NCBI GenBank assembly: GCA_965644295.1 | Contig: CBFFRP010000181.1 | Coordinates: 1 to 64,000 of the forward strand | Length of the DNA stretch: 64,000 nt | From: Paraphysomonas bandaiensis | Lineage: Eukaryota > Protista > Chrysophyceae | Direction of reading: 5' to 3' | Shown: one piece after another, positions 1 to 10,156 of the stretch | How positions within the stretch are numbered: position 1 is the stretch's first letter | Layout: every line of letters starts with the position of its first letter | Notes under the pieces: model-generated | The model's database searches: none | What the model saw: the letters and a program-made list of their open reading frames with translations, nothing else | Told to the model about the DNA's origin: nothing | Position numbers and translations under genes: made by a program

Positions 1-2491
1 AAATGGGACACCGATCTATGAAATCTTGTATCACCTCTGTGGTTAACTTGTGACCTGGAAATACCTTACTCAGCTTTAACCATGTTCGTTTAACTCCATG
101 GTGACCTATCCGACCATTGTGTACTAAGTCGAACGCCTCTTTGGGTGAACTAGGTTTAATACCTTGAGCCGCTAGTTCATCTAAAGCTGCAAGTATCTCA
201 GCTGGGAACACTGAATAACAAGCTACATCGTCGGTTTCTGAACTCCATTCCCCTACTTGGTTAAGCTCAATAAGCTGATCATCTGGCAGTAAGTCCGTAT
301 TTTCAAACATGACTACTTCACCACATACGACACTTTCTTCTGGAAAACATTCCATACAAACCGACAATAACATAACATGAGCCACAGCCGATTCCTGATC
401 CTTACGAGATAACCAATCAGCAAATCTATTTAATTTTCCCTTGAAGTGAAGCAAGTCGAAATTGAAATTCTGTATAAACATCCGCATGCGTACTATTCTG
501 TCAACAACCGAAACTTCCATCCATTTAAGATTGGCGTGATCCGTCATGATCGTGAACTTTTTACCTCTCAAATAATACGACAAGGCATATACACAAAAGA
601 ATATTCCAAAACACTCCTTGTCAATAGTGGACCACTTCAATGTTGGTTCCGAAAATTTCTTCGACACCATTGCAATTACTTGATAGAATTCTTGACCATT
701 GGCATCAATGAAAATTTGTAACAACACACCTCCACATGCATAAAACGAAGCATCTGTCATCAAGATCCATCTTAAAGAGTAGTCAGGATGATACAGAGTA
801 AGAGATTTTAAAATCGCCTCTTTAAATCTACTAAATTCCTCCCTGTAATTTACTTTCCAACCATTCTCATTCCAGTCAAAATTCTTCTTCGTCATGTCAT
901 GTAACTTATGAGTAAGGTCACTATATAACGGAATAAAAGGTTTAAAATATATTGCCGCTCCCAGGAATCTCTGCATTTGTTTCGTCTTATTTTTCCCTTC
1001 TGGAAATTCAATTGCAGTTACTGATAATTTTCGGGCCTCAGTTAATTGGTAAGTGTTGTCCTTACAAAGATAGCCGAAAAATTCCACTGATGAATAGCCA
1101 AATTTGCTTTTCGACAATTTCAACACGACATTATAATAAGTACATTTTTTAATGACCTTCTTGAATTTCTCAATAGCATCCTGATAATCATACGCTAACA
1201 CCAGTAAGTTGTCAAATATCACTACCATCCACTCTGAGAATTCATTGAAAATATCAGACACTACATGCATCAAAACTCCACTTGCCGGAGAAACTCCCTC
1301 TGGCATAAACTTTGGTTCGAACTGGCCCCATGGAGTTTGAACTGACAACAGTGCTGAAACTGATTCATGAAGTCTAATACCATGGAAAGCATTACATATA
1401 TCTAAATCAATAAACACCTTATACCCAGCTGCTTTATGTAATTCTTTTATAACATCTGGTATGGGATAATGCGGACTTTCAATTTCTAAATTAACACGCC
1501 TGTAATCACCACATATTCGAATAAAAGGTTTCGTAGCCTTGGGTGCTACTACTATTGGTGATGCATAAGGACTCGTACTGGGACGATAAAAGTATCCACA
1601 CATCCTATTGAACTCCTCCTTAGTACGTTCATATAACATAGGTGGTATCCTTCTCATATTCTTTGGTTTAATTCTATCAGGAATAGTACTTTTCACCTTT
1701 AATTTTAACTCAGGAACATGCTGAATTCCAGTCCACTCTCTAGGAACAAAGACGTCAACTGCATCCTCTCTCAAAACTCTCAATATATCAGTTTGTTGAG
1801 CGAAATCAGGATGTACTTTTGATTCTAGTTCACTAAAATATTTCTCCCTAGCCTCATCCACTGACTGTTCCAAAAATGTCACTAAACTTCCAAAACTACA
1901 TGGTTCGGGAATCATATCATCTTCCTCTGACTGTTCTGGAATTGGATTTTCCCAAGGATCACACACTGGTCCTGACGACATATATCTCCTAAGTTCGTCA
2001 ATGTCTTCACCAATATTGGCAAGAATTTCTATCTCATTTAAATTAACTGATTGCTCCGCACTCAGTGATGCTTTCTTAATCATGTTCATAAATAACTCGG
2101 AAAAATGCTCACAGATTGCCGGTAATCCTATAATAATATCCTTTGCCAAACCGTCCAAAACATACAGTGAAAGTTGTGCTTTGTAGGTCTTACCCTCATC
2201 TTCAAAAGCAATTGTAACAGGAATATATCCTTTAAGTTCAATCTGATGTCCGTCTGCTACTTTAACCCTCAACTTTTTATGTACCATATCTTTTAACAAT
2301 TTGTCCCCACACTTCTTAACAAAATTTGATGAAATAAAATTATCCGAAGATGATCCGGAATCAAATAAAACCATTTCCACATTAATCTTATCACCACAAT
2401 TATTTATTATCATTCCTTGCCTATGTACAGCATTGCGAAATCTGCTGGAAGTATCATTGTAATCTCGCATAGCCGCTATCAGTGATTGTGC
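1..2491 (-). CDS. pol: Gypsy Pol (aspartic protease, RT, RNase H, integrase HHCC region); runs off the window
   Basis: Motifs read by hand, protease and RT checked as in frame with gag: VLFDSGSSDNFI (protease, ~2370-2340), IDLDICNAFH, PWGQFEPKFMPEG, WMVVIFDNLLVL (RT, ~1230-1200), LMTDAS, IMTDHANL, ADWLSR (RNase H), HHGVKRTW...RCPI (integrase zinc finger). Absence from the ORF track is consistent with no stop before the edge. Confidence 0.92.
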
Positions 2492-4108
2492 TCAAAGGCC
2501 ATCCAAAGGATTGTCATCCCCTTGTTGATCCTCTTCAACATCAGGTTGATCTCTGGTAAGAATACGTACATCACCAGGACGCTTTCTATCCCCAGGATAT
2601 CTTTTCAATTGAGCTGGAGAATTACTATATCGACGTTGAGGTGGTGCATTAATACTTGGTTTGGGCATTACTGTTAACCCCACTCTTTCAGTCATCTTCT
2701 TAAGAGCTTCCGTCAAAACAGCTTTATCATGTGAAAATTTACATGACTTATCTTTGCACCCACCATCTTGCGTCAATTCTCTAAAACATGGGGAAGATTT
2801 CAATACCTTAGCCGCATACAAATCTTCTTCATGTTTCAGTACGTTTTGCTCCTCATCACTAACAGATTCTGAGTCAGAAACTTGTTGCTCAATTTGGTGT
2901 AGTCGCTTATCTACCGCAGACGATTTTGTTCGAAAATTAAAACGACTTCTGAATTGATTATATTTTAACGACAAATCCCTAGTAATCTTCAACTGCTTAA
3001 AGAATTCTTTCAGAAAAGCTTTTACTGAAGGGAAATTTTCCGACCTCATGAGTCTCTTAGTAGTATCTCTCATACACGCAGGAATAAGACTCATCCACTG
3101 TTCCAACGAACCACCTCTCTTAGTCGTTACTAAAGGTATACTCTCATCAAGTTTGTTCTTCTTAGCAGCCTCCTCTAAGAAATCATACCGCTGATTGAAC
3201 TTCGTTTCCAAAATACAAAGATCCTCATCAACTCGACGAAAATCCTCCAACTTGTCCATTGTTACTCTGTACGGCAAACACGATTCAAGCAACATCGAAT
3301 TAAAATCCATCATATCCAAAGGTCTGAACTGATACTTCGCTGCCTCAATAACTCGCGTTACACTTGCATCTATGCATTCCAAAGGTTCAGTATAATCATC
3401 AGGATATAATTCCATCAACGTAAACCTAATCATTTCCTTAGCCCTGCCTTCCAACAATGTAAACACAGAAGGAATTGGTCCATTGTCACGACATTTCTCA
3501 AACTCAGCAATTCGTTCCAAGAAAACCAAAAACCCATCTAAAGTAATTTCCGACAACCTTATCTCCAGGTATGAATCATCTTCTTTGGTCAACGTAACTT
3601 TAGCCTTCGGTTGACGATCAATTTCACGAAGTGCTTCCTGAATAGTCTGACGTTTAGGTCTGACCTGTGGTCGCTCCTCTTCACTCCTGAGAGCTTGAGT
3701 AGCATTCAATACACCCTCACGCACAGCATTCTCTATGCGCGTATGCAACAACTCAGGGTCAATATACTGCTGCTCACGTCGCTCAATAGTTGCAGCTACA
3801 GGCTGTTCACCATTCCCATGACCATCTAATTTAGACTCTTCAAACGGTATCTCCGAAAGCTGATCAACTTGTATAATTTCTGAATTAGCTCTCGATGACC
3901 TTCCAGATCTCCTCTGATTGATCTCCTCAAGACTCCGTTGAACATGCTCATTGAACGCCTGTTGCTGATGAAAACGCTGCTCTATATCACCAAAACGTTG
4001 TTCTATACCACCGAAACGCTGCTCCATATACTCACGTTGCTCACGCATATACTGCATCAAGTCTTCCAGAGTAAGCTCTGTCTTCGCATCTCCTTCTGCA
4101 GGCTCCAT
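2492..4108 (-). CDS. gag: Gag-like protein with N-terminal coiled coil and C-terminal CCCH-type zinc finger
   Basis: 538-aa ORF directly upstream of protease; EQRFGGIEQRFGDIEQRF heptad-like repeats; CFRELTQDGGCKDKSCKFSH (C-x9-C-x4-C-x3-H). Confidence 0.8.
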   Translation of the reverse strand: MEPAEGDAKTELTLEDLMQYMREQREYMEQRFGGIEQRFGDIEQRFHQQQAFNEHVQRSLEEINQRRSGRSSRANSEIIQVDQLSEIPFEESKLDGHGNGEQPVAATIERREQQYIDPELLHTRIENAVREGVLNATQALRSEEERPQVRPKRQTIQEALREIDRQPKAKVTLTKEDDSYLEIRLSEITLDGFLVFLERIAEFEKCRDNGPIPSVFTLLEGRAKEMIRFTLMELYPDDYTEPLECIDASVTRVIEAAKYQFRPLDMMDFNSMLLESCLPYRVTMDKLEDFRRVDEDLCILETKFNQRYDFLEEAAKKNKLDESIPLVTTKRGGSLEQWMSLIPACMRDTTKRLMRSENFPSVKAFLKEFFKQLKITRDLSLKYNQFRSRFNFRTKSSAVDKRLHQIEQQVSDSESVSDEEQNVLKHEEDLYAAKVLKSSPCFRELTQDGGCKDKSCKFSHDKAVLTEALKKMTERVGLTVMPKPSINAPPQRRYSNSPAQLKRYPGDRKRPGDVRILTRDQPDVEEDQQGDDNPLDGL

Positions 4109-4284
4109 GACTCTTAAAACAGTTCAAAGGGCTCAATAACACAATGAATGTATAATGTATTGTTCTTATCAACAGAGTAATATTACTGTAGTTGTTCTTA
4201 AGAACAACGTATGCTCACACAAAAACAACACTGATCTATAACGTTTTAAAAAAATTTTAAGTGCACGCCAGCGGGCTGCTACAC

Positions 4285-4662
4285 TGTTGAACTCACCAGC
4301 GGATGATGCTCCTCAACTCAGACGCAAACCGCGAAAGAATTTAAATAAATCGTTATTTAAAACGTTATATAGAAAAGTGAGTAACACTGCTATACAACTC
4401 TACAGTAACACACACATACAACATCATGTTCAGCATTTCACTTCAGCACACAACACACCAGATCAGAAGTATTTTATCCGGTACGTATGTACAGCTTCAA
4501 CACTCCGTGTATACACTGAAAGAGTAGAAACTGAATATGTAACTGAAAACTGAAAATACAAAAACACTCTGTACGTGTTAGAGAGTACAACAGAAGAGTA
4601 ACATATAATACTACTACCAACGCAGAAAATAACCAGTACTGCGTTACACACCCTTGATAACA
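4285..4662 (-). repeat. Putative 5' LTR of the Gypsy element
   Basis: Begins TGTTGAA at 4285 (+). Candidate other ends are TTCAACA at 4502 (7-bp IR) or ATAACA at 4662, where composition switches abruptly to LINE coding sequence. The second LTR lies outside the window, so the boundary is unconfirmed. Confidence 0.55.
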
Positions 4663-7600
4663 TGGCCAAGGACAAAGCACCCGGACCGTCCATGGTCACC
4701 ACAAACATGATAAAAAGTTGGACCCCACAAGTCAAAATAGAAGTACTCGGTCTCCTACAAACGCTCTGGACTCACCGACACATCCCACACTGGTGGAAAG
4801 ACAGTCATGACCCCACTACTCAAGAAACCGGGAAACACCTCCCTCAAAAACCTGAGACCGATCAGTTTGCTAGAGGTTCTCCGCAAATTGATGTCACGCA
4901 TCATTACCCACCGACTCCTCCAAATCTGGGAAGACGACGCTGTCCTACACCCGGCGCAACACGGTTACAGGTGGAGACATGGAACAGACACTGCCATCCT
5001 TCGTGTACTAGCGGCCACCGAACTGGCCAAGCTCACAGGACACGCGAAAATATGCACCCTTTGGGACTTCCAAAAAGCTTTCGACTCCATTGCACCTAAC
5101 CTCCTCAAACTCGCGTGGGCGAGACTTGGGGTTCCAGAAGACACGATCAAATGGCTCAGCGAACTAGACTGCGAGGGGCGCACCTACATCTGGACACCGC
5201 ACATGGCTGACCACATCGATCCCAAAACCCTAGAGGAATTAAGTCAATCCGACGGTTCCTTCCTCCGGAACCCCGACATGGGCTTCTCCGCCAACAGAGG
5301 CGTTACACAGGGCGGAACAGAGTCCACAGTCGCATGGATCGTCATCTTCGACATGATCCTCTGCTGGTCTGACCTTAAGGACGACAGTCAGGACAAAGCG
5401 TACGCGGACGACCTCTCCCAAATAACCAACTCCATTGCCACCGCGCAGACGAAGGCAGACAGACTCTCATCCTTCTGTGCATTCACAGGAATGCAGCTCG
5501 CCATAGCCAAAACGGAATGCATTGCAATAGGCTCTCCCTTTGAAGTTGAGGCCATGCTAGCCACAAAGCCCACCATAACCATTAGAGACTGGAACTGGAA
5601 CCCGCACACCATCCCCATTAGAGCCACCACAGTCCCCACCAAATACCTCGGAGTCCTACTCCCGTTCTCCTCGAAGGACACCGACTCGCACGCCTGGTGT
5701 GTCGACTACGTCACCACCTCCGCAACACATCTTCGCTATAAATGTGCATCCCCAGACTGTAAACTGTTAGTGCTTAACACACAAGTACTCCCGACACTAC
5801 TCTACAAAGCCACCAAAGCCTCCTGGACGTACGACAGATACCTGGACATAGACAAACTCCTTGCACAAGCAGCCAGGAAAGTCCTCCGGCTACCCCCGGG
5901 ATACCCCACAGCCCTCATCTATCTGCCCACGAAATACAAAGGACTTGGCTTGCGTAAGTTTTCCACCTGTGCCCAGACCCAAAAGTGGCACACAATCCAA
6001 AGGGCCATCACCCTGGGAGGGGAACCCAAGCGAGCCGCCATATCCATCTTACAACGTCACGATCACAATCGCCCAGACATCGACCTGTACATCACTAGCC
6101 TGGTCCAATGGGGACAACAGCTCGGAATTCGACTGCAGCCCCCATCCCCGGCCACGCCCCAATTCCGAGAAACCATCGACAAGGTCCAATCCCAACTCCA
6201 ACTGCACAACAATCATCCACACGACTTTCAAGCCATCTTCACTGATGGTTCCTTCACTCGCACAAACCTCTCTCCTGCCCATCTCCTAGGTGACTCTCAC
6301 GTGCAGCCCGCAACGCACAACGGGGGGGCAGCAATTGTCTGGCTCCCACCCAAAACCAACTGGAGCACAGGAATAACCAAAATCCTACGACTTACAGCCC
6401 CCGAGCATACCTTACCCGGGATAACCCCATACACCTACGAGACCCTGGCAATGTCAGCAGCCCTCACGTTCTCGAAACTCGTATCCCCCACCGTACCTAT
6501 GTGCACCGATTGCCAAGCAGTCCAAACACGAACCACGGAAGCTCTCTCTCGTCGGCGGCGGGCCCTCGGCACAAAGCCCCAGGGCATCTTTTACGAATGC
6601 CTCACCACAGGAAATCACCGACAGCGACCAATCCGATGGGTCCGCTCCCACCCAGAACGCCGAACACAAGATAGGAACAACTGGACCTACAACGACTATG
6701 GCATCTACATAGCTGACGCTGCCGCCAGTGGAGAGTGGTCGGTGATCGACAAAATACTAGGCGGCACAAACTACAGCGTGGTCACGACTGAGATCACACA
6801 CCTCATCGACGAATTCCTCACTGCCGGCCAATGGCAATGGAGAAGATACGATAAATTCCTCCACACTGACTGTGGACCCATGCTAGGGGATGTCACCGAA
6901 CTCCAACATCAATGGGACCTCCACCAATACATCCTCACGCGTGACGGCACGTACCCCGCAAGCGCAAGCCGGGACTCGCAGTACTGGACACGCAGCGGCA
7001 CCAGGCTCCCACACAAACTTCACCCTCTCAAGCCCAATAATTCGTCCAACTGCTATGTCCCATTCCACGACCGCATCCGTGAAACGGCATATGTCTGGGA
7101 CAAATCATACGCGATGGGCAGAAACAGGGCCAAGGGCAAACATGGAGACGAACTTACAACAGCAGCCAAATGCACAGACTGTGACCACAACCTGGACAAC
7201 ATGGCGCATATGCTCCTCCACTGTCCACACCCTGAGATCGCCCAACTACGTGAACATGCCTTCCACACACAGCAAACCCAGCTTACAAAACTCCACGGGC
7301 AACTGCAACCCATCCCCTGGCTACACACCGCTCTACAAAGACTGGCGAGGGCTGCCTGGGATCCCACCACACCCCAGGTTGAGAGATACTGGACCGGACA
7401 ACTAACAGCCTCGCAACTGGCAAATGCCTTCGGACACAACATCTCCACCACGTTACATGACCACCAGTTCCATAAACTCGAGAAATCCGTCACCAAAGTC
7501 CTGCTCCCCCTCTACAATGGAGGAATAAACATGCTCAAAAACAGAGGATGCCGATTTCACAGTAACGATGCGACAACAATGACATCAACCTCGACTCATG

Positions 7601-7777
7601 CCAGCTCACAACCACATCACACACACCCTACCACCAACCCGACGATCCTCCAGCTACTTAAAGCAACATCCACCCCCAGAGCCGTGCCCCACACGAGACC
7701 CCGCCCTCAACGCAGGCCTGCCAACCCGATCCGGAGGCAGACAACACTCATTTCCGACAGAACCGTAACTACAACTA

Positions 7778-9883
7778 CAGTTCGTTCACTCATAACTAAC
7801 TGCTCAAAAAACGGTCGACAGTTACGTTTTTTTCAGTTATTGAGTTTGATAATATGAATAGAGAGAAAAGAGAATTACGTGCAAGGCGATGTCCAGTAGG
7901 GATAGAGGAAGAAGTAGTCCAAGAAGACCCTGAGGTGGTGGAGGAAAAAGCAGAAGTTCAGTGTGACTTCAGAGACAGGGCTGTTGCCATTCGGGAGGAG
8001 CTATGTCGACCTCAGGGCCAATTGGCATCATTCGATGATGTTGTTAATGTCTTACGCATCTATTCTAATGTTATTATGAAGAAGAGAGCAAGCAATCACA
8101 CCGCAGCCATTAAATTTACTGCTGACGCATTACAGATGGGCGACACGACTGTTAGACATATCATTCAGGAGTATGACACAAATGGTCAAGAAGTGTACTG
8201 TACCCCGTGCAGTATAGCACCAACTCGAGGTACAGGCAGCAAGGCCTATGTTTATGAGCACATGAAAATTCAGAAAGAGATGCTTATTTCATGTCATGAC
8301 TACATTATGAATGAATTGCGGGATGGTGTAAGGCATACATATGCGGACCTGCATCGGTATCTCGAGAACCAATTTGACATCAAAGTGTCATACACCGCTT
8401 TACGAAAACGAAAGTGTTTTGACTTTGATTATGTTAATGGTGTCATTCCGTATAACACTACTTCAGTAAAAATAACACTGCAAATCCGACGATTTATGCT
8501 GTTGTATAGTGGTACGTTATTGTTGAAGAAATTATGTTATTTTATATATACAAAAACCGATGATGATGTATGTGCTGTGATACCGTAACATTTATTACTT
8601 GTTATGGTGTGTATTAACATTAGCGTCTCTACAGATGCAATTAAAAAGGAAAAACAAGGGAGTGCCTGCATTGCATACATGGATGAGACATGGGTGTGGA
8701 GATATCATAGCAGGAAGACTGGCATATGACCCAAAGGAGTGACACGGCAAGGAACAAAGTCGTCTAAGGGAGATTGTTTGATAATTGTCGATGCAATTAC
8801 TTCTGATGGTGCAATTCGTTGGCAATTAGAGAATGAAAAAGGTAAATTATGGTCGACGTTGTGGTCCTTCCTCTATACAAAATCAGGAGACTACCACACT
8901 GCCATGAATTTCGAGTCGTTTCAGAAATGGATTAACTGTTGTTTTGTTCCAACATGGAAGAGAAAGTATCCTGGTACCCCTTGCATACTAGTATTGGACA
9001 ATGCCCCCTACCATATGGGAGGCATGATTAACCCACATCGTCTCAGCAAGAGTGAGTGTACGCTGCATTTGCGCAAGTGTCTGCCTAGGGGGTCCCGTAT
9101 TACTGTCAACAGGAATGGCACGCTGCTTCAGTTTGAAGTGCCTAGGCATGGAGGGTTTCCAAATTCTCCAGCAGGTCCATCTCTCAGGGAGCTTCAAGAG
9201 GCTGTTCACGACATTCTAGCTGATTACAAGCCTCGCGACTTGCTGACTTGGGTAGAATGTCGCTTTGCAGAGCTTGGTTGGGAGGTGATATTTACCCCAC
9301 CTTACATGTGTAATTTCCAACCGATAGAACTCTACTGGGCAAACATCAAAAATAGCATTGGACGAAGGTACTTTTCTGGTAGAGACATGAAGTGGATACA
9401 AGACTTCTTCAAAGAGCATTCTGTAACCATTAAGTGTGATTCTTTGGTTAGACATGCGCATGATTGTATGAATATCTGGCTCAGACAGGATAATTTGTTG
9501 GGTGGTGTGTATGACAATGTAACTGTACCTGACGATGACATTAGAGAGAATATACTAGCAAATAACCCTAAGTTTATGTCTGAAAAAGAAATGGAAGATA
9601 TACAGAACCCATCTGAGGTGGCTGTACACTTCACTATTCACAGGAATGGTGATATGGATTAGGGCCATATTTTGTAAGTGTAAAAATCATGAATTTTGTA
9701 CTGTTCACTTTCACTTATCTTAACGGTATAGTAAAACGGCTAGTAGGTAGAAGCTAAAACTATGTCCCATATATCTTTGTGACATAAGCTTTCAGTGCAT
9801 ATGCTTACTTTTTAAGACCTATGTCTAGTTCTAGAAATATATTTGCTGATATTAGGAGCAGTTAGTTATGAGTGAACGAACTG
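7778..9883 (+). mobile_element. IS630/Tc1/mariner DNA transposon (Sailor-like, DD109E), full length
   Basis: Perfect 28-bp TIRs CAGTTCGTTCACTCATAACTAACTGCTC at 7778-7805 and 9856-9883; TA target duplication at 7776-7777 and 9884-9885. Confidence 0.95.
7854..9662 (+). pseudogene. DDE transposase, two exons (7854-8511, 8635-9662), with in-frame TGA at 8727-8729
   Basis: GT..AG intron 8512-8634 gives YMDETW; then LVLDNAPYH and FTPPYMCNFQPIELYW; HTH-like N-terminus. Confidence 0.85.
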
Positions 9884-10156
9884 TAGTACTCCCAAAACCC
9901 CCGCAGACACACATCCACAGCATGGCGCATCACCCCCCACACCTCGACTCGCATGCGGAAATGGACCACCAGACACACTACCCAAAGGACGACCACCAGA
10001 CTAAACTTAAAACAAGGGATGGTTGCACCAAGGTGCTTGCAGCAATGCACAAGCAGTCCCGAGATAACTGAGCATTTCTTTTCTGTGTCACAATTAGTCT
10101 AAAGAAATAGATAGATAAATGCAACAAGTTTTCTCATGTAATAATCCGATCTAATT

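Larger units (their letters stand above)
1..4662 (-). mobile_element. Ty3/Gypsy LTR retrotransposon, 5' part (LTR-gag-PR-RT-RH-start of IN), truncated by window edge
   Basis: Minus-strand domain order PR-RT-RH-IN (Gypsy order); gag-like ORF 4108-2492; LTR-like segment upstream of gag. Confidence 0.93.
4662..10004 (+). pseudogene. LINE ORF2 (RT-RNase H-Zn finger), frameshifted at ~4803-4806 and split by a transposon insertion
   Basis: Frame 4662-~4805 (KAPGPS...IPHWWKD) joins frame 4807 (MTPLLKKPG). Removing 7778-9885 restores ...TTTSTPKTPADTHPQ...GNGPPDTLPKGRPPD-TAA (10002-10004). Confidence 0.85.
4663..10120 (+). mobile_element. Non-LTR retrotransposon (LINE) with RT, RNase H and C-terminal zinc finger; 5' end/endonuclease missing; interrupted by a DNA transposon at 7778-9883
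   Basis: KAPGPS (RT domain 0), LRPISLLE, DFQKAFDS, GVTQG, YADD, KYLG; RNase H IFTDGS / TDC / WVRSHPE / IAD; CTDC-x8-H-x4-C. C-rich sequence resumes at 9886; 3' UTR ends near the (AGAT)n-like tract at ~10105-10120. Confidence 0.93.

Noticed and set aside
7778-7857. C-terminus of the 1016-aa ORF as listed in the track
   Set aside because: The last ~26 codons are read-through into the inserted transposon TIR; the true end is at 10004.
2492-8729. TGA reassignment suggested by two in-frame TGAs in transposon ORFs
   Set aside because: Host genes use TGG for Trp and show no internal TGA; the POP4-like gene ends in TGA.
7778-9883. Fanzor/TnpB cargo in the ITm element
   Set aside because: The transposase fills the element; no RuvC or zinc-finger ORF is present.
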